Below are positions 18,381-26,019 of a stretch of DNA of 41,185 nucleotides, one piece after another. The translations under genes were made by a program, and so were the position numbers. The notes beneath the pieces are model-generated. The model was not told where the DNA came from and searched no databases. It saw only the letters and a program-made list of their open reading frames with translations. The number at the start of each line of letters is the position of its first letter. Within the stretch, counting starts at the first letter, position 1. This stretch comes from a virus. The stretch lies in the IMG/VR virus record IMGVR_UViG_3300027737_000005, positions 1 through 41,185 of that record; one strand, 5' to 3'.

Positions 18381-20357
18381 TTACCTCATTTGGGCCATCT
18401 GGCCCTGTTGTTGATTCTGATTATTCATACTGCCCATTATCTGTGCAATAAATCTTTTAGAAGCTTCGCTCTTCTCGATATCTTTTCGCGCATTCTTTTC
18501 TGTTTCTTCTTCGTCAAATTTAATAGAGTCAAGGTTATTAGATTGTAAGAATGTTTCCAACTCTCCAAATTTCTGAATGGTTTCCAGAAGCATCGTAAGA
18601 GCCTCCATCTTTTCTTTTGTCGCTAGGCTATGGTTCTTGCTTATCTCGCTCATACGCTCTTCAAACAATCCTACATTGCTTTCACTTCTAGAATCCCTCT
18701 CACGCGCCTGGGAGAGCAGATTATGGATCCTTGCCATAAGCTCTTTCATCTTCATTTCTTCAACAGTGTGCTTGATATTAATCTCTTCTGACTGCACTGC
18801 TTGCATCTGCTGCTCTTGTTGTTGCAAAATCTGCACAATCTCTGCTTTTCCAGTGATATTGAGCTTAGGAATAATCTGAGAAGGTGAGAACACTTCGCGC
18901 CCAAAGGCCGCATTCATATCCATCATCTGCTGAGCTTGCAAGTTTTGTTGCGTCGGAGTCAAGTCACTCTCTTCGACAATACACTGAAACTTGCTAAATA
19001 TCTTACTGTAGAAATATGGAGAAGGCTCCTCGCCTATTAACAATCCAACTTTCTCAGCACTCCAATTGTTTAAGGCTATCTGCAAAAGACGTTCTCCAAG
19101 AAGTTTATCTGAAAAGTCCCACTGATCAAAATATTTCTGAAAAACCATCAAATTAGCAGCTGATTTCAACATCATCGTCAGACTACTTATCTGCTTATCA
19201 TTTTGTCCAGACCAATTCTCGAGATTAATTCCCGCTGTTTGCCATATCAAATTACCCATCTGCTCCGCAAGAGCCATATCGCTCTCTGGTACTCCAGAAG
19301 GGATAATTTTTTCACAATCCGTCATCTCGTAGCCTTCATTGATGATGACGTCCCAGCCCTGTCCAGACTTCTTAAGATTGTCTTCATTTGCAACAGCTCC
19401 AACTTTTCGCTTCCAACCCGCATTGATTGTCGCAGCTGTGATATCGTTGTTTGTGATGATCTTATAATTATAAAGAAATTGAGGATCGCGCATAGTCCGA
19501 ATAAGCCCACGAACGCGCAGATCGTAATAATTGTTATGCGGTTCGTAGTTCCAGTAATAGGGAATGAAAGGACATCCATCGAAACCAAGAGGATTATCGC
19601 CCTGAAACATCAACTGATCGTTCAGAACCACAGCAAGTTTCCAGCACGGTGCCTCTACGGTTACTTCTTCCATGTCCGGAATACTATATAAAATCTGCTC
19701 CAAGTGGCCATCATCCCCAGCAAAGTCAAAGAATTGATTCCTAGTACGACTATAAAGCCTTTTTTTCTTCCGTTTCCATTTGTACCAGACATATGAGAGC
19801 ACCATTAAATCGTTTCTCGCCATATTGTAGTTTTCCGGAAGGAAATAAAAACTTCCGTACCTCTGAGGCGTTCCAGCCATCGGCACAATAGCCTCTAACT
19901 TATCAGGAAAACGGCTTTCCGCCTCTTTTTTGCTGATGTATTCTTGACACCATACAAACTGAGCATCGCTCATATCAGGGCTTCTAAAATATGGATCTAC
20001 CAAAAACGCATTATATTCCCACAACTTGAGCTTCAGCTCTCCTTGAGCCTGATCATCTCCTGTATAGTCTAAATATGGCTGTAGAAGTACCATACCGGTG
20101 ATCGCCGACTGTTCTTTGGCTTGCGATTTTGTCTCATGAATCATCCCTTTGTTCGCCACATGCGTAATCAATTTTGTGTACTGGTCCGTCGTCTGCGGAT
20201 CCGCCCCCTCCGTCGGCACATAACTAAAATTTTTCCGATGCTGCCTCTCACACCCCGTAAGCATATTAATAGGCTGCTGGCAGATGTTAAAGTAGTACTG
20301 CTGAAACGATGTCGTAGGGCTAAAATTGAAATACCGATTCACAAACGTCTGGGCTTT
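18381..20357 (-). CDS. portal protein, main exon
   Basis: About 650 aa with a portal-like N-region (YYFNICQQPINMLTGCERQHRKNFSYVPTEGADPQTTDQYTKL, which parallels the P22 gp1 layout) and a C-terminal Q-rich coiled coil. It lies downstream of terL. The frame is open back to 20357. Confidence 0.8.
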   Translation of the reverse strand, partial: KAQTFVNRYFNFSPTTSFQQYYFNICQQPINMLTGCERQHRKNFSYVPTEGADPQTTDQYTKLITHVANKGMIHETKSQAKEQSAITGMVLLQPYLDYTGDDQAQGELKLKLWEYNAFLVDPYFRSPDMSDAQFVWCQEYISKKEAESRFPDKLEAIVPMAGTPQRYGSFYFLPENYNMARNDLMVLSYVWYKWKRKKKRLYSRTRNQFFDFAGDDGHLEQILYSIPDMEEVTVEAPCWKLAVVLNDQLMFQGDNPLGFDGCPFIPYYWNYEPHNNYYDLRVRGLIRTMRDPQFLYNYKIITNNDITAATINAGWKRKVGAVANEDNLKKSGQGWDVIINEGYEMTDCEKIIPSGVPESDMALAEQMGNLIWQTAGINLENWSGQNDKQISSLTMMLKSAANLMVFQKYFDQWDFSDKLLGERLLQIALNNWSAEKVGLLIGEEPSPYFYSKIFSKFQCIVEESDLTPTQQNLQAQQMMDMNAAFGREVFSPSQIIPKLNITGKAEIVQILQQQEQQMQAVQSEEINIKHTVEEMKMKELMARIHNLLSQARERDSRSESNVGLFEERMSEISKNHSLATKEKMEALTMLLETIQKFGELETFLQSNNLDSIKFDEEETEKNARKDIEKSEASKRFIAQIMGSMNNQNQQQGQMAQMR

Positions 20358-20650
20358 CTGTTACTTTTGTGACCTATCTCTAGGCGGGGTTCCCTCTTCG
20401 GAGATCCCTCTCCATATTACTATGGAGTTCAGACTATCGCTTCACCTTGCGGTGTCCTCTCACTTAGTCGTTCACGGTCCCTTTCGGGTTCCGCCTTGTC
20501 TTCCCATAGGGAGGTCCAAGTCAATCAGAGAAGATTTAAACAGGGCCCAATTTTCAAAAAATTACTTAACCCTGCGTAAAATAAAGTGTCAATATTAGAT
20601 TGATTCCAGCGCTACTCACTTTATTTACTAACAGTCCCGCTTTCATATTA
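20358..20650 (-). ncRNA. group I self-splicing intron at the 5' end of the portal gene, ORF-less
   Basis: P1 AACAGUCU/GGACUGUU with a U-G pair at the splice site (U20651), 12-bp P2 GUAAAUAAAGUG/CACUUUAUUUUAC, P3 UCUUCUC/GAGAGGA, GUGAACGACUAAG (20475..20463), P8 CACC-GCAA-GGUG (20454..20443), GCGAUAGUCUG (20440..20430), P9 CUCCAUA-GUAA-UAUGGAG. Confidence 0.8.
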
Positions 20651-20692
20651 AGACTGTTCTATTGGTTGAAATTTTGAATATAAATTATCCAA
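20651..20692 (-). CDS. candidate portal exon 1 (14 codons from TTG 20692; start codon uncertain)
   Basis: This is the only frame open through the 5' splice site. It reads (RQW)LDNLYSKFQPIEQS and joins in frame to KAQTFVNRYFNFSP at 20357. The frame has no ATG. Confidence 0.3.
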
Positions 20693-20785
20693 CCACTGTC
20701 TGACGTTCCCTTGATTCGGTTCCAGAGCATTGTTCCAAGGGGGGTAATAGAAGGAAATGGCACACCTCGTTGTTAAAAAAGTTTC

Positions 20786-20932
20786 CTATGACCTTTTTAT
20801 AACATCGTATCCATATTCACTCAAGAATTCTTTGCACCACTTCAATTTATCATCTTTCCTACATTGCTTACACGCTGGTTTGAGAGCCTTTTCGCTTAGA
20901 ATCATTTCACATGAAATACATTTGTTGGGCAT
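20786..20932 (-). CDS. small zinc-ribbon-like protein (48 aa)
   Basis: TAAGGAGG RBS then ATG. MPNKCISCEMILSEKALKPACKQCRKDD carries CxxC...CxxC. Confidence 0.55.
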   Translation of the reverse strand: MPNKCISCEMILSEKALKPACKQCRKDDKLKWCKEFLSEYGYDVIKRS

Positions 20933-21024
20933 GATGTCAACCTCCTTAGTTGTCCTAATGAAATGCAAGCCAGGCGGTAGGAATCCGCTTTTCGAGTGCC
21001 CTCTAGGCTTGTGCAAACATTATA

Positions 21025-21108
21025 TCACTTTCTGTTTATCTTCCTCAACGTATTTCCAATGATCCATCCGGCGATTGCTGCCATGAACGCTACTAGGTAG
21101 GTCATCAT
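21025..21108 (-). CDS. tiny hydrophobic peptide (27 aa)
   Basis: MMTYLVAFMAAIAGWIIGNTLRKINRK lies about 40 nt downstream of polypurine array copy 1. Confidence 0.25.
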   Translation of the reverse strand: MMTYLVAFMAAIAGWIIGNTLRKINRK

Positions 21109-21143
21109 GTTCAATACTCATCCAATCCACTTATTTTCTTTCA

Positions 21144-21224
21144 TAAAACCATTGCTTTCCTTTCCCTTCCTTTCCCCTCCTTTCCTCTCCTTTCCATTCC
21201 CTCTCAAAATTATCCAAACCTCGA
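21144..21224 (-). repeat. polypurine pentamer array copy 1: TCGAGGTTTGGATAATTTTGAGAG + (ANNGG)x11 + AAAGCAATGGTTTTA (gene orientation)
   Basis: Read directly. The terminal ATG opens the mini-ORF ATG GTT TTA TGA. Confidence 0.85.
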
Positions 21225-21225
21225 T

Positions 21226-21654
21226 TCAAATTGCGTAATACTCGATTTCTTTTCGGATCAACCGCGAACTCCTGCCTAGGCGATTCAGCCAACTCTGCAT
21301 GTGCACCACCTCAGATTTTGTATCATTATCAAATTTATGCATCGGCATATTTTCCGCTTGTTTCCTTCCTCGCGCATGTTGCTTGTTGCCTCTCTTAATC
21401 CTCCTCTCCAGAGCCTGCGGAGCATCTTTCAATGGCTTTATATAAAGATTTAGGTGATATGTCTGACACGGCATTCCTTTGTCCTGATCAATGAATGCCA
21501 TCAACTGCATAATCGCACTTCGATAAGCAAGTGAGTCATAATCATGTGTACCAAACAGATCTCCCAAGATCTCTTTATCTATATGATGGTTATACTTAAT
21601 CTCTCCAACAGCACACAGTTTTTCAAATATAGCCTCTTTTTCTTTCTTTTTCAT
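21226..21654 (-). CDS. hypothetical protein (142 aa)
   Basis: ORF with a plausible start MKKKEKEAIFEKL; no motif recognised. Confidence 0.5.
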   Translation of the reverse strand: MKKKEKEAIFEKLCAVGEIKYNHHIDKEILGDLFGTHDYDSLAYRSAIMQLMAFIDQDKGMPCQTYHLNLYIKPLKDAPQALERRIKRGNKQHARGRKQAENMPMHKFDNDTKSEVVHMQSWLNRLGRSSRLIRKEIEYYAI

Positions 21655-21677
21655 AGTTGTCCTTTTCTATATAATGA

Positions 21678-21866
21678 AACAAAAAAAACTAAACGCAACT
21701 TAACATAACTAAACTGAACAAAACGTAACTCAACGCAACTTAACTTAACGAAACTTAACTTAACGAAAACTAACCTAACGAAACGGAACTTAACCTAACG
21801 AAACCAAACTCAAACTAACCAAACATAAATAAACTCAACTTAACTTAACAGAACTTAACTCAACAA
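21678..21866. repeat. G-poor tandem pentamer array (NAACN)x~38 on the plus strand, i.e. (NGTTN)n on the transcribed minus strand
   Basis: aaact aaacg caact taaca taact aaact gaaca aaacg taact caacg caact taact taacg... runs about 190 nt, is intergenic, and has only about 11 G on the plus strand. Confidence 0.85.
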
Positions 21867-21869
21867 AAA

Positions 21870-22493
21870 TTATTTTGCTTTCTTAAACTCTTCTACGCTA
21901 AACGTTCCGTAATTTCCTGTAGCCATTCCAGGTCTCAAGTCGCACAAACCATATTCATAGCCGGCTGTCTCCAAAATCATTTCCAGATCTGCTTCAGGCA
22001 ACAACTCGGTATCTAGCAACAAATTAAACTTCACTTCCCACCTATGGAAAATTGGCCTGGTTTGCACCACGCGAGCCATTCCCACTACAAGATTTTCTAC
22101 AAAAACATATGTTCTTTCCCCTTCTTCGTTTACTTCACTATAAAGCGATTCTACATTTTGTCCTTTATACGGAATCAGTGGATACCCTAAAGGTTCATCC
22201 AAAATGACCGCTTTCGTCTGCTTGCCTAATCTAAACTTCTTTGCAGACGCTTTGATGCATCCTTGAAGGCATTTCGAAGGCATATATACGCCCAATTTCT
22301 TGTCGTAGTAAAGAGCGGCCTCGAACTTTAATCTAGCCAATGCTATATGATGATCGTCTGTTTTTTTCCTAATACATGTGATTTCTTTGATCTTTTTAGT
22401 CAAAGGATGAAGTGGATTGCACGCTTTATCGCAATTCATGATAAGAGGCGTCGCCCCTTTTATATGGACACTATACTTTTTTGTGTTATTCAT
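21870..22493 (-). CDS. hypothetical protein X1 (207 aa), paralogue of 34409..35017
   Basis: Shared pattern: N-terminal hIxGxxPLxMx (VHIKGATPLIMN vs ITIRGIRPLLMH) and a C-terminal Gly-rich loop (GMATGNYGTFSV vs GRSIGMGRFEI). Confidence 0.6.
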   Translation of the reverse strand: MNNTKKYSVHIKGATPLIMNCDKACNPLHPLTKKIKEITCIRKKTDDHHIALARLKFEAALYYDKKLGVYMPSKCLQGCIKASAKKFRLGKQTKAVILDEPLGYPLIPYKGQNVESLYSEVNEEGERTYVFVENLVVGMARVVQTRPIFHRWEVKFNLLLDTELLPEADLEMILETAGYEYGLCDLRPGMATGNYGTFSVEEFKKAK

Positions 22494-22598
22494 AGGCTCC
22501 TGAAAATCGCAGTATGTCCAAATACACTACTGATTTTCATCCCATCATGTCAAGCACTGAATTTTCACATGAATTTAGATAACTGCTTGAAAACCAAC

Positions 22599-23030
22599 CT
22601 ATTTCCAAAACTCCCACCATCTTCGCCTTGAGCGCTTACCTCCTGCAACCACCTCGAGTGCCTTCACCAACAGATCTCGCATTCCGAGTATCTGGACTTC
22701 CGACCGAAAACAATGCTGTCTAACGTCTTCCAAAAATAACTTAATCTCTTCTTGCGTCTTAAATACCTCATCCAAACGTCTAAGAAACCCAGACACCTCA
22801 ATTTTTTCATTAAGCTTTTCAAGCAAGCTATTTGTGTCTGTTAAGTTTTCGACCGTTTCTTTTGTTTTTTCGTGACACTTGCGAATCGTTCTTAGGTCTT
22901 TCGCCCATGCTTCCGTCACCTCTAGAGTAATTTGGTCCAGTATTCGCATCTGCTCCTCCGTCCAATGCTGCCCTCTAGAATTCGGCCGAATCCATGGCGT
23001 CGGATCCGGCGTTTTCCTTTTTAAAACCAT
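22599..23030 (-). CDS. hypothetical protein (143 aa) whose ATG is the conserved ATG of array copy 2
   Basis: GGAAAGCAATGGTTTTAAAAAGG gives MVLKRKTPDPTPW.... The ORF-track extension upstream only reads through the polypurine array. Confidence 0.55.
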   Translation of the reverse strand: MVLKRKTPDPTPWIRPNSRGQHWTEEQMRILDQITLEVTEAWAKDLRTIRKCHEKTKETVENLTDTNSLLEKLNEKIEVSGFLRRLDEVFKTQEEIKLFLEDVRQHCFRSEVQILGMRDLLVKALEVVAGGKRSRRRWWEFWK

Positions 23031-23117
23031 TGCTTTCCTTTCCTTTCCTGTCCCTTCCTTTCCTTTCCCTTCCTTTCCATTCCCCTTCCTTCTCTCAAAA
23101 TTATCCAAACCTCGAAT
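23022..23117 (-). repeat. polypurine pentamer array copy 2, with the same 5' flank TCGAGGTTTGGATAATTTTGAGAG (here the last codons of terL)
   Basis: Read directly; ends AAAGGAAAGCAATGGTTTTA. Confidence 0.85.
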
Positions 23118-24378
23118 CGAATCGCCCTTGCATATATTTAGTGGGATTATGCTTGTATGGCTGATAAATCGCAACCTTATGGGTTGATAAACAATATCTT
23201 AAACAGTCTACCAAGTGATCATCTTTTTTGATGGGTTTGTCTTCTCCTCGCTCTGCCACTTTCGGATCCCAGCAATAGCCCTCTATCTCTCGTATCAAAT
23301 TGCGGCACTTGCTCAGAATTAGGCATTTTCCCTCTTTTACGTCGGACACCATCCTGTGGATTCCGGGAACGACCTCATTGTTAGCATCTACACAATGCAC
23401 ACCTCGCTTGCCTAGATCATGTCGCAAAGCTGCTGCGCTCGGGTCAATATACACTCCTTTAATCGCATACGGTTCCAAAAACGCAACGATATCATCTGCC
23501 AATTCGCTGACCGCTTTTTCTCTGTTTTTTACCTTGACGTCCCAAAAATACTCATCTTCTACCCACATCTGTTTACCTGTTTGTGTCTGCATTCCTGTCG
23601 ATACCCCTATAAGCACACAAGCGCAGGGATTGGACATCCCATAATCAACGCCCGCTATCCAATAATTGGCACCACAGGGAGGCTCGTCTACTACATAATA
23701 GTCTCGATCCCAAAAATCAAACACGGCGCCCTCCGCCAGGCACCATATACCCAAGTAGTTTCTTTTGTAAAAAAGCCCCGACAAACTATTTGCAAGCATT
23801 TCTTTATAATCCTTAGGTAAGTAAGGATTATCATCGATCATGAATTGCAACGCATAGTATTTAGGATCCCCTTGCTCGGCTAGATCTATTAACCCTTTGA
23901 TCTTATGCGTCGGATGCTTTGGATTCATGCTCGCAAAGCCTATGCTATGAGGCAACCTAAGCCTCGTCAATATCATTTGGAGGACGTTTTCTGGAAACAA
24001 AGTCATCTCATCAGCATAGGCAATACTGATCGTTTTACCTTGTATACGTCCTATCGAGCCTTCGTCTTTTGCTCCTATGACAGTGATCGTTTTATCGAAT
24101 ACTTTGAGCAATCCGTTGCCAGGAAACCACGTGCAGAACGGTTTGTAAATGGCAAATTGCGGTGTTTCGAATATAAGTTTTATACAGTTTTCATATACAG
24201 TTGATGACGAAAACCCAAACATATAGATCTGACTGTCAGGACATTCGTAAACAGCTTGAAGAAAGCGAAATAGCGTAGCTACCGTTTTTCCGCTGCTGAC
24301 AGGGCCGTGAGCAAAATTCCAGCCCTTTGTGCTATTAATTATAAATTCAAGTTGCTTAGGAGAAAAGGGATCTGGCAT
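23101..24378 (-). CDS. terL: terminase large subunit (425 aa from ATG 24378)
   Basis: Walker A GPVSSGKT, Walker B-like ISIAYADE, and a C-terminal nuclease-type region (WIAGVDYG..., DDHLVDCLRY). AGGAAT lies upstream of the ATG. Confidence 0.85.
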   Translation of the reverse strand: MPDPFSPKQLEFIINSTKGWNFAHGPVSSGKTVATLFRFLQAVYECPDSQIYMFGFSSSTVYENCIKLIFETPQFAIYKPFCTWFPGNGLLKVFDKTITVIGAKDEGSIGRIQGKTISIAYADEMTLFPENVLQMILTRLRLPHSIGFASMNPKHPTHKIKGLIDLAEQGDPKYYALQFMIDDNPYLPKDYKEMLANSLSGLFYKRNYLGIWCLAEGAVFDFWDRDYYVVDEPPCGANYWIAGVDYGMSNPCACVLIGVSTGMQTQTGKQMWVEDEYFWDVKVKNREKAVSELADDIVAFLEPYAIKGVYIDPSAAALRHDLGKRGVHCVDANNEVVPGIHRMVSDVKEGKCLILSKCRNLIREIEGYCWDPKVAERGEDKPIKKDDHLVDCLRYCLSTHKVAIYQPYKHNPTKYMQGRFDSRFG

Positions 24379-24390
24379 ATTCCTGATACT

Positions 24391-24768
24391 ATGAGAAACC
24401 GAGCTAAATGTAAACTCTGTTCTAGCATTATTGAAAGCTTCCATCCAACTGACTATGTCGCATGTAAGTGCGGAGAGATATCTGTCAGCGAAGGAGCTGC
24501 AATGCGTTGTGCGGCTCTCAATTGGGACAATTTTCTCCGCGTTGATGACGAAGGTAACGAAATTGTTCCTAATGTTCAGATGGCAGAGGCTGCAATTGTT
24601 CCTAGAGAAACACACTCGAAGCCTACCAAAAAAGAACTTTTAGATATGTTAGAAGAGATGATAAAGAATATAGAACGGCTTCCATCTAATGCGATGGCTC
24701 AGCCTGTGAATCATTATGACTTGGTTTCGGCGCTACTGTTGTTGTCGTCTATCTTCAAAACCGAATAG
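24391..24768 (+). CDS. small zinc-ribbon protein (125 aa) on the opposite strand between terL and the MTase gene
   Basis: MRNRAKCKLCSSIIESFHPTDYVACKCGEISVSEG has the CxxC...CxC pattern common in small phage proteins. ATG lies 12 nt from the terL ATG, and the 3' end overlaps the MTase 3' end by 36 nt. Confidence 0.55.
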   Translation: MRNRAKCKLCSSIIESFHPTDYVACKCGEISVSEGAAMRCAALNWDNFLRVDDEGNEIVPNVQMAEAAIVPRETHSKPTKKELLDMLEEMIKNIERLPSNAMAQPVNHYDLVSALLLLSSIFKTE

Positions 24769-26019
24769 ATCGAGCTCTGGTTCTTTGGCTGCTCTCAGCC
24801 GATTTTCTGCGATTTCGAAGTAATCTTCTGATATCTCAATCCCTACTGCACTTCGCCCAAGTTGCTTTGCTGCGACTATTGTAGTTCCAGAACCTGCAAA
24901 TGGATCTAGCAATACGGCTTCAGGATTAGGCGGCATTATAAGTTTTATGAGATACTGCATGAGGGCGAGAGGTTTGACCGTTGGATGAACTGATGGTTTA
25001 TCAAGCCCCGCATTACGCTCAGCTGAGGAGGCTTTCGCGCAGTAGAAGAAGCGGGATGCACCGCCGGAATCGCCGAATCCTGATTCTTGAGCAAGTATCT
25101 TTAAGCCTTTTGCATATCCAACCCATTCTTTTTTTCTCGAACCTGGCTTTCCACTTTTTAGATTCCCACTCTGCTGGTCGAGTAATTCTGCGGCTTCTTC
25201 ATCCAGAAGGAGATTAGCGGGCCAGCGGCCGGTTAGATTTTCTCCTGTGATTGTTCCGGATGGAATCGCATTTAATTGCTTGCACCCTATCCCACCACTT
25301 CCAAAAGGTCGTGCAAGTGATTCGCTTGTCCCAATCCTACACCCATCAATATTAATGCCAGCTACTCCCCATTTCTCTGCATTCTGGGCAAATGTGCCTT
25401 CGCAGGGCTTCATGGCCATTATAATTATTTCAACTGCCGGCTTTAGAGCAGTTCCGTAACCTTCAAATCCTTTAATGCCATCGCATTTTTCACACGTTCC
25501 CATTCGATTAGTTTGTGTGTTCGATTGTCCGGAAACAGTTCCAGATTCTCGATTGCATTGTTCCTGGTATTGTGATCTTTGTGATGAACCACTTCTATCC
25601 TTTGCAATATCTTGTTGAGGTGTTTGGCCATCACTAATCGATGTTCCATCACATAACCGTCCTTGCGAGCCATTATCCCCAGTACATTTGCAACCAAAAT
25701 TATGACTTTTCGGGAATCCTTGTCCGAAACACCAATAAAGGCAAGTTCTGATTTCCCATCCTGCTTGTTCAAGTGCATTCATAAGATGGTGATGAGTACG
25801 ATCACCTCCAAAAGCTAGTAGATGAGCTCCTGGCTTACAGATGCGAAAAGCTTCTTCCCAGAAGTGTTTGCCAGGAATGCCATGGTCCCAGTCTTTACCC
25901 ATGAAATGAAGGCCATAGGGAGGGTCGGTGATGATGCAGTCAATGGAGTTGGCCGCCATTGTTCGCATGGCTTCGAGGCAATCACCCTTGATTATTTTCT
26001 GTGTCGCTCTTTGGAGCAT
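24733..26019 (-). CDS. DNA methyltransferase, N6/N4 beta-class (428 aa), uninterrupted ORF
   Basis: Motif IV DPPYG comes near the N-terminus, with GFPKS, GTALKPA, GRWPAN and HPTVKP in between, and motif I DPFAGSGTT near the C-terminus. Confidence 0.85.
   Translation of the reverse strand: MLQRATQKIIKGDCLEAMRTMAANSIDCIITDPPYGLHFMGKDWDHGIPGKHFWEEAFRICKPGAHLLAFGGDRTHHHLMNALEQAGWEIRTCLYWCFGQGFPKSHNFGCKCTGDNGSQGRLCDGTSISDGQTPQQDIAKDRSGSSQRSQYQEQCNRESGTVSGQSNTQTNRMGTCEKCDGIKGFEGYGTALKPAVEIIIMAMKPCEGTFAQNAEKWGVAGINIDGCRIGTSESLARPFGSGGIGCKQLNAIPSGTITGENLTGRWPANLLLDEEAAELLDQQSGNLKSGKPGSRKKEWVGYAKGLKILAQESGFGDSGGASRFFYCAKASSAERNAGLDKPSVHPTVKPLALMQYLIKLIMPPNPEAVLLDPFAGSGTTIVAAKQLGRSAVGIEISEDYFEIAENRLRAAKEPELDLFGFEDRRQQQ
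25443..25778 (-). CDS. HNH endonuclease ORF in the +1 frame inside the MTase gene (111 aa from ATG 25778, or 76 aa from ATG 25673)
   Basis: KDGYVMEHRLVMAKHLNKILQRIEVVHHKDHNTRNNAIENLELFPDNRTHKL is a full HNH signature (HH...N...N...H). It coincides exactly with the variable linker of the MTase frame. Confidence 0.6.
   Translation of the reverse strand: MHLNKQDGKSELAFIGVSDKDSRKVIILVANVLGIMARKDGYVMEHRLVMAKHLNKILQRIEVVHHKDHNTRNNAIENLELFPDNRTHKLIEWERVKNAMALKDLKVTELL

Noticed and set aside
20326-20598. Plus-strand 90-aa ORF upstream of portal
   Set aside because: It lies antisense to the portal group I intron, has no RBS, and its sequence is structure-derived.
23031-23174. N-terminal extension of ORF 22599-23174 (…GNGKEGKGKEGTGKERKA), and the 178-aa minus ORF 34285-34821
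   Set aside because: Both merely translate the polypurine/polypyrimidine arrays. The first also overlaps terL.
24379-24615. 79-aa N-terminal extension of the terL ORF in the track (MCFSRNNCSLCHL...)
   Set aside because: It overlaps the better-supported plus-strand zinc-ribbon gene. The Walker A region begins just after the internal ATG at 24378, which has an AGGAAT RBS.
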